Positions 17,010 through 27,637 of a DNA stretch of 32,000 nucleotides are shown here, piece by piece (positions within the stretch are counted from its first letter, which is position 1; the number at the start of each line of letters is the position of its first letter). Source of the stretch: Geotalea daltonii FRC-32 (lineage in GTDB: Bacteria; Desulfobacterota; Desulfuromonadia; Geobacterales; Geobacteraceae); contig NC_011979.1 of the NCBI RefSeq assembly GCF_000022265.1, positions 450,001 to 482,000 of the forward strand, given 5' to 3'. Under the pieces are notes generated by a model, which did no database searches, was not told where the DNA came from, and worked only from the letters and a program-made list of their open reading frames with translations. A program made the translations under genes and the position numbers.

Positions 17010-19340
17010 CTAATCGCTGGTGAGGGTGGTCTCCTTGGCAGGTTCAGGGCTGTTGCGGGAGAACCTTCTTGCCAGGTCGGTGTCGATTACGTAGAGACAA
17101 ACCTCCCTAGCGCCGTTTTTCGTATAGCGGAACTTGCTGCAGAGATTGTTGATGAGAAAGGTGACGTCGTTGCGGATCTTCTTGTCGTAGGTTTTGAATT
17201 CAGGCCGGCCATAATCCTTGATAGCCCGCCGGAAGTTGGCGTTTTCCAGGAAGGGATCCAGTGCCTTCTCCTTCAGGTTGAAAATGTAACGCTCCCGCAG
17301 CTCCTGAAAAAGACTGGTCCTGGTTACGTCCTTACCTTCGGCCAATATCTCCTGGGTCAGGGTTCTCGCCGTATATTCTTTCTGGGTTTGGCCGCGGAAC
17401 GTCAGTCGCGTTTCCCGCTCCACCTTCGGCCCCAAAAGCCGGTTCTCGATCCCTTCAAAGAAACTCTCGCTGATCTCCAGCCTGTCGCCGGTGAAGCGGC
17501 AGGTCTCGGTTCTTCCCGGCTCAAAGTTGATGGAAAAGAGGTAATTGCGAATTTCCCGTGAAATCTGCTCCTCGTTGTAGTAGTAGAGGGATTCCTTCAC
17601 CTCCTGGAGAACGGTATAGGCATAAAGGCGCAGCAGAGAGTCGATGAAGCCCTCGGGCACCAGGTGCCCCAGGTCGGGACGAACCTTGGTGAAATAGTTG
17701 CTCAGTACCGACATGTTGATCAGTGCGTCCTTGCGGGCATAGGTGGAATAGAAGTCATTGAAGATATTTATGGCATCCCGGCCTGAAAAGCCACTCTCCC
17801 CTTCGATCTCCGACTCGGCGATGATCTTGCGCCGCCGTTTTGCCATCAGCCTTTTCCGGTCTTCTTCATCCAGCCACGGCGGGATGTAGCCTGTATAGAT
17901 TTCCATCTTCAGCAGTTGCAGGTTCTCATCGCAGAACATGGCATATTTTGCCGGATCGGGGATCCACTCCTGCATTGCATCCGAATGCCGCTGCATGCGG
18001 GTGGAGATGATGATCCGGGCAAAGTTGTGCAGGACACGGGGGAGGAAGCTGTCGTCGATCTGCTTGCCGAAGATGTTGCGGTAGATTTCCACCTCCGTGT
18101 TCAGATCCAGCACATAGGGTATCTTTATGTACTGGATGCGGTCCGAGAAGGAGGGGAAATTTTCAATGTTCTTCTTGTCCTCCGGATTCATCAGGGCGAT
18201 GAAGAGGGAGTTGACGTTTTCCTCCAGGTCCTCGACCTTGTGCACCCCCTCACTGATGATGTTGTGCAGTTCAATGAGCCGGTCGGTGTTGTGGGACTTG
18301 ATGTCCATGAGGGCATAGATGCCATTGTTGGTCTTGGCATATTGGGAGAAGATGTAGTTGACCTGATTGCTGTCGCGCAGCAGGCTGTTGAGGCGATTCT
18401 GTAGCATGTCATTGGTGAAGACCATATGTTTCATCGGCTTGTCGCCGGGACTGAAGACGCTGATTCCCTCTCCAAGCCGCCGGTTGAAGCGGTATGGATA
18501 TGCATAGACCATCTTCAGCACCTCGGCAGGGTCCTTGAGCTTTCTCAGGAGTGCCAGATACAATGAGCTGCAGATGGTGCAGGGCTGGTTTCGAAATACC
18601 CATTCATAGGCCTTCTCATCGAGAAGGTGCAGCTTGGACTCGTCATTACCGAACAGGTTCTGGAAAAACTGCCTGCGGAAATCCTTGGGAATCATCAGGA
18701 TCGGACTGTCGTGGCTGGGGCAGACCACCTCAACAAAGTCATCCCTTTCCTGCATGGAAGACTGGGCTTCGATGATCTGGTTCTGATCGAACTCATACTC
18801 GTCGATGAGCTTTGACAGCCTGTCGAGAAAATGCGACGTCTCATGGCGGGGAATGCCGCCGAATTTTTGCCGATCCAGTCGCCACACGGTCTCGAAACGT
18901 AGCCCCTCGTCACTATTGGCGTACTCCTCGAACTTTATCAAGAGCCTGTTGAGAAAGGTGCTCTTGCCGCTCCCCGGCGGGCCTTCAAAGATGTAGATCT
19001 TGTTCTGCTGGGCGCCGCGTCGCCAGGCCTCCACCAGATTGATCAGCCGATTGGCAAAGAGCCGGTCGGCGAAAAACGGGTGGTCGGCATTTTCCACGAA
19101 GAGCTTGGAGCAGTCGTAGGAGACATAGTGGATGGATTCGGGATCTTCAGGATATTCGTCTGCTTTTTCAGTCACCTGGCTGACGACCATGTCGTGAAAG
19201 ACCTGAAAGACATTGCGCACCAATTGCTCGGGGCGGGCGGCCAGTAGCTGCAGGAATTCCTCGAAGGGCAGCGGTTCCCGCTGCTCCCAACCGCTGACGC
19301 TTCCCTTTATATGCTGTAACGCCTGATGTAGGTCAGTCAT
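17010..19340 (-). CDS. PrkA-family P-loop ATPase, second diverged paralogue (776 aa)
   Basis: Walker A: IFEGPPGSGKSTFL. VVCPSHDSPILMIPKDF matches, from memory, the CPMHE(D/E)PLHLIP segment of B. subtilis PrkA / E. coli YeaG. Has a PrkA-like middle and C-terminal region. Its ATG overlaps the SpoVR stop (ATGACTGA, 19333-19340). Confidence 0.75.
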   Translation of the reverse strand: MTDLHQALQHIKGSVSGWEQREPLPFEEFLQLLAARPEQLVRNVFQVFHDMVVSQVTEKADEYPEDPESIHYVSYDCSKLFVENADHPFFADRLFANRLINLVEAWRRGAQQNKIYIFEGPPGSGKSTFLNRLLIKFEEYANSDEGLRFETVWRLDRQKFGGIPRHETSHFLDRLSKLIDEYEFDQNQIIEAQSSMQERDDFVEVVCPSHDSPILMIPKDFRRQFFQNLFGNDESKLHLLDEKAYEWVFRNQPCTICSSLYLALLRKLKDPAEVLKMVYAYPYRFNRRLGEGISVFSPGDKPMKHMVFTNDMLQNRLNSLLRDSNQVNYIFSQYAKTNNGIYALMDIKSHNTDRLIELHNIISEGVHKVEDLEENVNSLFIALMNPEDKKNIENFPSFSDRIQYIKIPYVLDLNTEVEIYRNIFGKQIDDSFLPRVLHNFARIIISTRMQRHSDAMQEWIPDPAKYAMFCDENLQLLKMEIYTGYIPPWLDEEDRKRLMAKRRRKIIAESEIEGESGFSGRDAINIFNDFYSTYARKDALINMSVLSNYFTKVRPDLGHLVPEGFIDSLLRLYAYTVLQEVKESLYYYNEEQISREIRNYLFSINFEPGRTETCRFTGDRLEISESFFEGIENRLLGPKVERETRLTFRGQTQKEYTARTLTQEILAEGKDVTRTSLFQELRERYIFNLKEKALDPFLENANFRRAIKDYGRPEFKTYDKKIRNDVTFLINNLCSKFRYTKNGAREVCLYVIDTDLARRFSRNSPEPAKETTLTSD

Positions 19341-20979
19341 GGCCGCTTTCCGTACCGATAGTGGTTTTCGTCAGTTTCTTTTTTTCCATCCTATAGAGTA
19401 CCCGTTGCCAGTTGATCCGGTGAGCTTCCCCGGGGGCGTGTAATTGCCGCTCCATTTCAGGCGGAGAGGGCATTACTTCGCTTGTTTCAAGCTGCACCGG
19501 CCCGCCCCACAGGTACTCGATGCCCATCATGGTGTTGCCGATGAATTCCCTGACCAGCGGTTTTTCCTCGAAGCGATGGGTCAGGTACAGACTGCCATCA
19601 CTTGTATCTTTGCCTATTTCCATGTGTGGCGGATGGTAGAGGGTGTCGAGAATCATCCGGCGGTAGTCCTCAGCTTTTCGACTTTTCACGTAATACTGCC
19701 AGACCATCTTCTGGTGGTCGAGCCTTCTGTCCACCACAAACAGCTTATGCCTGTTGAGGAAGTCCTGATCGATAAAGGTGTTGATGAAGGTGAAGTCGCA
19801 GAAATCCTCCCGCACCTTGAATATATAGTCCACTCCCTCGCCGGTCCGCTTGTCATATTTTTCCCTGGTGTGGATATCCCGCAGCATCTGAAATTCGAGA
19901 CTTCTTTTGCCTTTGTCAGCCATTTCGTCGATGGTTGCAAAGACTCGCATGCCCAGGGCATAGGGGTTGAGCCCGACCCTTGGCAGCGAGGTCACCCCGG
20001 CGTGGACCCGGGCAAAATCCACCTCATGCTCGCGGATCCGGTCGTCCAGGAGGAAGAGCTTTTCATGCCAGTAGCTGGCCCACCCCTCGTTCATGATCTT
20101 GGTGCGGATCTGGGGCTGAAAATAGACTGAGGTATTGCGCACGATCTCAAGCACCGACTTCATCCATTTGTTCTCATCCCGGTTGAGGAATGGCGAGTAT
20201 TCCATCAGGTGCTGGAGCAGGTCAAGCCGAGGCTTGCCTTTTTCGGGCGCCTGTCTGGAGAACACCGCCTCCAGTTCCGGATGCTTCTTCAGCGTGTCGG
20301 CAAAGAAGGTCTTCTCCCCCAGTTCCCCGTATTGGGCCATGGCCTGGTTATAGCGTTCCACTTCTTTAACATATTCCTGGATCCGCACCTTTTTCACCGA
20401 CTGAAGAAAGGTGTCGAAGTAATAGTCCACGTTGCTGGAAAGGGACGGGACCAGGGCGCGGCTGGCCCGCGACAACTCGTCGAAATATCCTACCAGGTTG
20501 TCGACGGCACGACCGAACTCGATGACATAATCCACCCAGCGCCCCTTTTCAGACCGCAGGCGGGCAATCAGCCTCTTGTCTGCCAGCGCCTGGCCGTTCA
20601 GGTCGTAATCCCAGGTGAGACGGTAGAAGAGGTTGTTCTGGAAAAAATCGATGTGGGCCAGCACATGGTAGAAGATCATCACATTGAGCCAGTCCGGATT
20701 GTTATCGTTATAAAAAGAGATGGGGGGGCGGGTGTTGATCACCGTTTCGTAGGGATTGTAGGGGTAAAGCTCGTATTTCCGCAGCCCTTTCAATACCTCC
20801 ACGTCATGGACCCAGTAATCATACAGGGTTGGAATCATTGCCTTGGGGGAGAGTTCCAGCATGTCCCGGTTGGTAACGATATACTCCAGGGTTTCGTCCT
20901 GAAAGCGCAGGCCGGCATCCTTCGCCCGCTCCTTGCAACCTTCCATGATCTGTTTTGCATGCTGGCTGATCAGTTCCAT
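19333..20979 (-). CDS. SpoVR/YcgB-family protein
   Basis: 548 aa from ATG 20979 (MELISQHAKQIMEGCKERAKDAGL...). VMIFYHVLAHIDFFQNN matches the SpoVR HxxxH-type block. The ORF-track extension to 21162 overlaps the upstream gene and is not used. Confidence 0.85.
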   Translation of the reverse strand: MELISQHAKQIMEGCKERAKDAGLRFQDETLEYIVTNRDMLELSPKAMIPTLYDYWVHDVEVLKGLRKYELYPYNPYETVINTRPPISFYNDNNPDWLNVMIFYHVLAHIDFFQNNLFYRLTWDYDLNGQALADKRLIARLRSEKGRWVDYVIEFGRAVDNLVGYFDELSRASRALVPSLSSNVDYYFDTFLQSVKKVRIQEYVKEVERYNQAMAQYGELGEKTFFADTLKKHPELEAVFSRQAPEKGKPRLDLLQHLMEYSPFLNRDENKWMKSVLEIVRNTSVYFQPQIRTKIMNEGWASYWHEKLFLLDDRIREHEVDFARVHAGVTSLPRVGLNPYALGMRVFATIDEMADKGKRSLEFQMLRDIHTREKYDKRTGEGVDYIFKVREDFCDFTFINTFIDQDFLNRHKLFVVDRRLDHQKMVWQYYVKSRKAEDYRRMILDTLYHPPHMEIGKDTSDGSLYLTHRFEEKPLVREFIGNTMMGIEYLWGGPVQLETSEVMPSPPEMERQLHAPGEAHRINWQRVLYRMEKKKLTKTTIGTESGHD

Positions 20980-20998
20980 AGGTTTCCCAGTTTCCGCT

Positions 20999-22228
20999 TC
21001 AGGAGATGAGCTTCTTGATTCCCTCGATGAGACGGGGTTCCTCCGCCTCCTCGTCGAGGACATCCAGGCGCAGCACGTCTGCCCGCTCCTTGAGCAGGCC
21101 GGAAGTGGTGAGGTATTGTTCCACCTCTGAATGCCTGCCTGCAGCGTAGGCGTGTTCGGCAATGGTTATGCCCATCCTGTTGGTGTAGGTGAGCATCTGC
21201 TTGATTTCCGGGATCGCCTCCACCCCTTCCGTGTCCCAATCGTCGCCGTCGGTGCCATGGAAAATATAAATATTGTAGTCCTTTGCCAGGCTTTCCTTCT
21301 CGACGATCTCATTTACCAGTCGATAGGCTGAAGCAACCTTGGTGCCGCCGGCAACCCGGAGGCGATAGTAGCTTTCGAAATCCGGCACTTCTCGCGCTTC
21401 GTTGTCGTGGAGTATGAAACGGGACTCCACCTGGCGGGCAAACTGGTAAAGTAACCAGCAGTAGATCATCACGTGCTGGGACACTACCAGCTCCGTTGCT
21501 TTACCCTCCATGGAACCGGAATAATCACGGATAAAGAAGACCAGGGCCTGGGATTCGTAGTCGATGTCCCGGGACAGGATGCGATAGATCTTGTCCTTGG
21601 GGGAGATGAGAAAACGGGTCGTGTCGATATCGGTGACATTGGGGACATTACCCAGGCTGATATTGGTTTCCAGGATCTTACGCATGGTCGCTTTCTTGTC
21701 CAGAAGCTGGCCAAAGCCGCGGTTCCTGTCCGTAAGGTCATAGGTATAGCGGGTGAGGGAGCTTTTTTTCCCTTTTTCTTTCAGATTGGGGAGTTCGAAG
21801 GTTTCAGTGAGGATCTTTCCCAGGTCGTAAGCGGTTGATTCCAGTTCGTGGCTCTCTCCCTCCCCCTGGCCCGCTTCCCCTTCTCCCGCTCCTTCTTCGG
21901 GACGGACCGGCCGCTCTCCCAGGATGTCTCCTTCCTCTTCCTTGCCGGTGCCGCCGGTTGCATTCTCCTCATCTGTCGGAGACGGAACCCGGTCGTGATA
22001 GAATTTTTCTTCGACGGTGGTGGGGATGACGACGAATTTTTCCTTGCCGCCACGCGTGGGCTTGACCAGCTTGCCGATGCGGATTTTGCGCGGAAATCCG
22101 TCCTTTTCCCGCATCTTGTCCCTCTCCAGCAATTCATGGATGGAGCGAATCCGCGTCGTGTAGGTCCCTTCCGCCGTTGGCAGCTCCAGGGACGCAAAGG
22201 GATTTTTGTCTGGGGCGAAGTCAGGCAC
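20999..22228 (-). CDS. YeaH/YhbH (DUF444) protein with vWA-like domain
   Basis: 409 aa. Acidic/Gly-rich linker, IRDYSGSM MIDAS-like motif, FHGTDGDDWD. The GTG start shares one base with the PrkA stop (TAGTG at 22226-22230). Confidence 0.85.
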   Translation of the reverse strand: MPDFAPDKNPFASLELPTAEGTYTTRIRSIHELLERDKMREKDGFPRKIRIGKLVKPTRGGKEKFVVIPTTVEEKFYHDRVPSPTDEENATGGTGKEEEGDILGERPVRPEEGAGEGEAGQGEGESHELESTAYDLGKILTETFELPNLKEKGKKSSLTRYTYDLTDRNRGFGQLLDKKATMRKILETNISLGNVPNVTDIDTTRFLISPKDKIYRILSRDIDYESQALVFFIRDYSGSMEGKATELVVSQHVMIYCWLLYQFARQVESRFILHDNEAREVPDFESYYRLRVAGGTKVASAYRLVNEIVEKESLAKDYNIYIFHGTDGDDWDTEGVEAIPEIKQMLTYTNRMGITIAEHAYAAGRHSEVEQYLTTSGLLKERADVLRLDVLDEEAEEPRLIEGIKKLIS

Positions 22229-24288
22229 TAGATCTCATCCTCTTGGCTGCAGAAGTACTCGATGGTCTTCTGGGCGCAGGTTCTGCAGTAATGGAGCTTG
22301 TCCAGCATGGTAGTGATCATCCTGTCATACAGTTTCTGGTTTTCCTCGTTGGTACGATTGGCCAAAGCGCCGATCAGGCTGCCGGCGCCGGCGATATCCG
22401 ACTTCAGCCGTACATCGGTCACCGCCTTGACCAGCTCCAGGTTGTCCATGAAGTCATAGTTGGGCTCGACGGAGATTTTCTGGCCGTAGATCTTGCGGAT
22501 GGAGGTGCGGAAAGATTCACGCTGTTCCTCTGTCTTCAGGCCGATGCGCTCCTCGATATTGCGCACGTAGCGTTCGTCGATCCTGACGGCCTTAAGTTGG
22601 CCTGTTTGCGGGTCCTTGTATTTCCACATCTTGTCCGGCCCAAGGTTCTCCGCATCGATGCCTATGATCATGTTGACGTAGTTGAGCACGTCCTTGCGGA
22701 TGGCGAAGGGCTCATCCATGTAGGCATTGAACATCTCGGTCATGATCCGCTCCCGGTAGAGGGACTTGGCGATCTTCAGATCTTCCAGGTATTTGGCCCG
22801 GTCGTTGGCATCGGAAACATAGTCCAGCACCACCCTTTCCAGGGTCTTGAAGATATCTACGGCGATCATGCAGCGCCCTTCATTGGTTTCCGAACTTTCC
22901 ACCATCAGCTGCACCGCCCTTCCCAGGTTCCTCTGACCAAGTCCTTTCTGGCCGAAACGCTTGGTGATATCCGGCTCCTGGCTGAGCATATCGACTACTT
23001 CGGCAAGGGTTTTCAGGCTCTTCTCGCCTGCCACTTCGCCGGCCGCAAGTTTCAGGGTTTCAATGGGTGTCAGTTTTTCCGAGCGGGGAAGTCTAGTCAT
23101 TACCGTGGCCACCGATGCTGAATAATTCAGGTTCGGGTCCTGGTGCAATTCCTCCTTGGTCAGTGTCGTCTTTGTTTCAGTGCCTATGGCATAGGTGGTC
23201 AGAGCCTCTTGCATGCGGTAGTTGGTGTTGTGGGAGACATAGCAGACCCGGCAGCGGTCGATGATGGGCGCCTCCTCGCGCTCGGCGAGGAAGTGATTGA
23301 ACTCGGAGTTGTTGCTGGTGGCAATGATCAGAGTGTCGATGGGCCAGCGATAGCCATCGATCTCAATGAGCCGGTTCTGAATCACCCCCAGGTAGACCTG
23401 GACCAGGTCCTTCTTGTTCTTGTAAATTTCGTCGCTGAAATGGATACCGCCGCCGGCAACCCTTGCCAGGGCACCGCGGCGGAGATCAAAGCGGTAAGGA
23501 TTATTGACGTCGGTGATGTGCAAAAGCCGCTGGATCGACTCGTCACCCAGGAGATCCACCGCCGAAGAGGTGATCTTGTCCTTGGCAGCATATTTGCCGG
23601 TAATGGTGCCGAGAGTTTCGGTCAATGGAACCGGCACTACCTCTACAAATTTGAGCATCTCTTCCAAATTGCCACCGGTATATTTGCGCAGGTCGTTCCA
23701 GATGTAGCCGCTGTCGGCGCCCAGGGGGCGGTAGTTCTCGAAGAGTTTAGCGATCTCCTTATCACTGAAACCGACTGTCCTGGCGAGAAATTCCCTGCTT
23801 TCATCCAGGTTGTCGAAGAGGTTCATGGCCAGGATCATGGGGTCTTCGTAAGTCTGTGATTCGATGGTGGCAATGCGGCCGTAACTGCCCAGCTTGTCCA
23901 TGTTCACCAATTGAAAGGTGTAGCGGCGGTTTTCCGGGCGGCTGAGAAATTCCCGGTACTTGGCGCAGAGGTATTCGACAAAAAAGGTCTTGCCGTTGCC
24001 CGGTTCGCCGACGAGGACGAAGGCCATCTCCTTGGAGGACCCTCCTTCTGCCGCATCCTTGACAAAGGAGACGAAGCTGTTGATCTCATCGTACATTCCC
24101 ACGGGGTGCTTTTTCCCGGTGCGGAAGATCATGAAGTCATAGGTGGTCTTGCCGTTGACGACGATTTTTTCGATCTTCCCCTCGAGAATCATCCTCGCTA
24201 CGCCCTGGAAGGCATTTTCAAAGCATCGCTTCCCTTCCTTGACCTCAGTAAGGTGCTGATCGAGAGTGCAGGTATGGCTGCTGTTCAT
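22228..24288 (-). CDS. prkA: PrkA/YeaG-family protein (so-called serine protein kinase; AAA+-like ATPase)
   Basis: Walker A: LVGEPGNGKTFF, with PrkA AAA-like and C-terminal regions. Start is placed at ATG 24288 (GGAGG RBS with 5-nt spacer). The ORF-track start 24342 has GGAG only 1 nt upstream and would add 18 aa. Confidence 0.85.
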   Translation of the reverse strand: MNSSHTCTLDQHLTEVKEGKRCFENAFQGVARMILEGKIEKIVVNGKTTYDFMIFRTGKKHPVGMYDEINSFVSFVKDAAEGGSSKEMAFVLVGEPGNGKTFFVEYLCAKYREFLSRPENRRYTFQLVNMDKLGSYGRIATIESQTYEDPMILAMNLFDNLDESREFLARTVGFSDKEIAKLFENYRPLGADSGYIWNDLRKYTGGNLEEMLKFVEVVPVPLTETLGTITGKYAAKDKITSSAVDLLGDESIQRLLHITDVNNPYRFDLRRGALARVAGGGIHFSDEIYKNKKDLVQVYLGVIQNRLIEIDGYRWPIDTLIIATSNNSEFNHFLAEREEAPIIDRCRVCYVSHNTNYRMQEALTTYAIGTETKTTLTKEELHQDPNLNYSASVATVMTRLPRSEKLTPIETLKLAAGEVAGEKSLKTLAEVVDMLSQEPDITKRFGQKGLGQRNLGRAVQLMVESSETNEGRCMIAVDIFKTLERVVLDYVSDANDRAKYLEDLKIAKSLYRERIMTEMFNAYMDEPFAIRKDVLNYVNMIIGIDAENLGPDKMWKYKDPQTGQLKAVRIDERYVRNIEERIGLKTEEQRESFRTSIRKIYGQKISVEPNYDFMDNLELVKAVTDVRLKSDIAGAGSLIGALANRTNEENQKLYDRMITTMLDKLHYCRTCAQKTIEYFCSQEDEI

Positions 24289-24427
24289 GGGTCCCTCCAG
24301 AGCGTGTGTAATATCAACTTGATTATCCCACAGAATTTTCATTCTCCAAGCTCATGAAGGAAATTTTCCCGGCGGAAAGATGCTTTGGAGGGGCTGACGA
24401 CATGTAAAGGAAAGGAGAAGTGCAGAC

Positions 24428-24464
24428 AAAAAAAGGGAGCGGACCATTGTCCACTCCCTTTTTT
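24428..24464. terminator. Bidirectional intrinsic terminator (ends groESL; insulates the prkA promoter region)
   Basis: A7 (24428-24434), GGGAGCGGAC (24435-24444), loop catt, GTCCACTCCC (24449-24458), T6 (24459-24464). Nine of ten stem positions pair. Confidence 0.8.
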
Positions 24465-24592
24465 CCTTTAGTCGATGAGGATTTTTCGACCTGGCAAGGA
24501 AGTCAAGCGATGGGGCGGAGGCGTAGCCCAGCTACGCCGCACAACTCATCGTGATGACTGACACCGCCAGGGCGGAAAAGCATCGTCGATGA

Positions 24593-26248
<1,656 letters not shown>

Positions 26249-26288
26249 TTATCCTCCTTGGATTAGTCAGTTATTTAAATGTTGTTCT

Positions 26289-26579
26289 TTATTTCTCGAT
26301 AACACCCAGAATGTCGTCTTCTCTCATGATCAGGTAATCCTGGCCTTCAACTTTAACTTCGGTACCGGAATATTTGCCAAAGAGTACCTTGTCGCCGACC
26401 TTGACATCAAGTGGGAGGATCTTGCCGTCTTCAGTCCTCTTGCCGTTGCCCACTGCCACGACTTCACCTTCCTGCGGCTTTTCCTTGGCCGTCTCGGGGA
26501 TGTAGATCCCGCCTGCGGTCTTGGTCTCTTCCTCAACCCTTTTCACAATGATACGGTCCTGCATTGGTCTCAGCTTCAT
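26289..26579 (-). CDS. groS: Co-chaperonin GroES (Cpn10)
   Basis: 96 aa: [44 protein letters not shown]. Lies 46 nt upstream of groEL. Confidence 0.97.
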   Translation of the reverse strand: MKLRPMQDRIIVKRVEEETKTAGGIYIPETAKEKPQEGEVVAVGNGKRTEDGKILPLDVKVGDKVLFGKYSGTEVKVEGQDYLIMREDDILGVIEK

Positions 26580-26633
26580 GCGTTACTTCTCCTTTCCTTG
26601 GGAATAAACAAAAATTTACGATTGGAAAAAATA

Positions 26634-26660
26634 TTAGCACTCCTTGTAGCTGAGTGCTAA
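26634..26660. promoter_or_regulatory. CIRCE operator (HrcA binding site) in the groES leader
   Basis: Perfect consensus TTAGCACTC-N9-GAGTGCTAA: 26634-26642, spacer 26643-26651, 26652-26660. Confidence 0.9.
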
Positions 26661-26670
26661 TCATGGGGTA

Positions 26671-26699
26671 AATATAAACACGGTATGGGCAAAAATCAA
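26671..26699 (-). promoter_or_regulatory. sigma70 promoter of groESL
   Basis: Minus strand: TTGATT (26699-26694), 17 nt, TATATT (26676-26671), immediately upstream of CIRCE. Confidence 0.7.
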
Positions 26700-26756
26700 G
26701 TCATTAATGGAAAAAAAATTAACGGGCGATAGGGCTGTCGCTGGCGGGGTGGAAAA

Positions 26757-27335
26757 TCAATGGGACTGGTGCGATTTGCGGCGGGCAAAAATATCGGTTA
26801 TGGCGTCAGCCATCTCGGTGGCCAACCGCTTTGCCATCCGCTGCCGCTCATTGGACAAGGTTGAACGGTCATGCTCAAAGAAGGCTTCCACGGGGAACTG
26901 CATTTCCAGTGTTGCATCCCGCTGTTCCATTTCGAAAAGGTTCAGACGGGCTTTTGCTCTGAGTTCGGTGGAGCAGCATCCGGCATTCTCGACATAGCCC
27001 CACAACTCACCACTGATGTAGACCTGCCTGGTCAACCACGCCGGATCGATGTCCTTCAGGTCTTCCTTGAGAATATAGTACCACTGCACATCGGTGCGGG
27101 AGCGGTTTTTGTTCAGGTTGTCTACGAACTCGTTGAAAACGGTGTCGCTGAAGTCATTCGGGACAAGGCTTTGGCTGAACGGCACCAGGTAGACGATATT
27201 GTCTTCCGGGGCCGGGTTGAAGGCTGGAGACATGGTAACCCGAGGCCCCGATGCACAGCCGAAAAGGAGCAGCATGGCAATAAGCAGCAACAGGTACGAT
27301 GCTTTGACTGTCGCAGAAGTATTGCCCATCACCAT
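26757..27335 (-). CDS. Lipoprotein of unknown function
   Basis: 192 aa from ATG 27335. Signal peptide plus lipobox LLLFG-C. The start overlaps the stop of the upstream DUF507-like gene (ATGGTGA). No family recognised. Confidence 0.6.
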   Translation of the reverse strand: MVMGNTSATVKASYLLLLIAMLLLFGCASGPRVTMSPAFNPAPEDNIVYLVPFSQSLVPNDFSDTVFNEFVDNLNKNRSRTDVQWYYILKEDLKDIDPAWLTRQVYISGELWGYVENAGCCSTELRAKARLNLFEMEQRDATLEMQFPVEAFFEHDRSTLSNERQRMAKRLATEMADAITDIFARRKSHQSH

Positions 27336-27601
27336 TTCCTTTTCGCCAGCTCTTCGGCGTAATGCTTCTGGTAGAGTACTTCCCATTCCCTGCTGCCCGG
27401 CACCTTCGCCTGGGAATATGAAGCGAGTTTCTTTCTCACAGCCTGGTCGATGTCTTCTGCAACGGAAAAGAAAGCGGCGATGGAGTCCTTAATGGCGTTC
27501 AAGGAACGTGCTTCATCGGGAAAATCGGCCAAGTCGTCCCGCCAGAGTTTGTCGTAAATCTTGTGGGCAATATGTGAAATTCTATCTTCTGAAATCTGCA
27601 T
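27329..27601 (-). CDS. DUF507-like small protein (paralogue B)
   Basis: 90 aa from ATG 27601 (G-rich RBS upstream): MQISEDRISHIAHKIYDKL... From memory this resembles DUF507-family proteins. Clearly paralogous in layout to the upstream gene. Confidence 0.6.
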   Translation of the reverse strand: MQISEDRISHIAHKIYDKLWRDDLADFPDEARSLNAIKDSIAAFFSVAEDIDQAVRKKLASYSQAKVPGSREWEVLYQKHYAEELAKRKW

Positions 27602-27637
27602 GGGCACCCCCCAGTGACAAAATGTTTATTGCTGAGA

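Noticed and set aside
16899-17561. 220-aa plus-strand ORF spanning the kup / PrkA-operon spacer and the 3' end of the PrkA-like gene.
   Set aside because: It is mostly antisense to a gene with clear family features. It has no RBS or motif, and it starts inside the repeat structure.
20980-21162. ORF-track 61-aa N-terminal extension of the SpoVR ORF, overlapping the DUF444 gene end.
   Set aside because: The extension is Arg/Ser/Pro-rich with no similarity to SpoVR N-termini. MELISQHAK... aligns with the start of SpoVR/YcgB proteins as I remember them.
24289-24427. Search for a sigma54 (-24 GG / -12 GC) promoter upstream of prkA. E. coli yeaGH is nitrogen- and RpoS-regulated.
   Set aside because: No TGGCAC-N5-TTGC-like element with correct spacing is present. 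TGGGAT...TTGAT (near 24314-24331 on the minus strand) has the wrong spacing. Only weak sigma70-like hexamers are seen, so no promoter is called.
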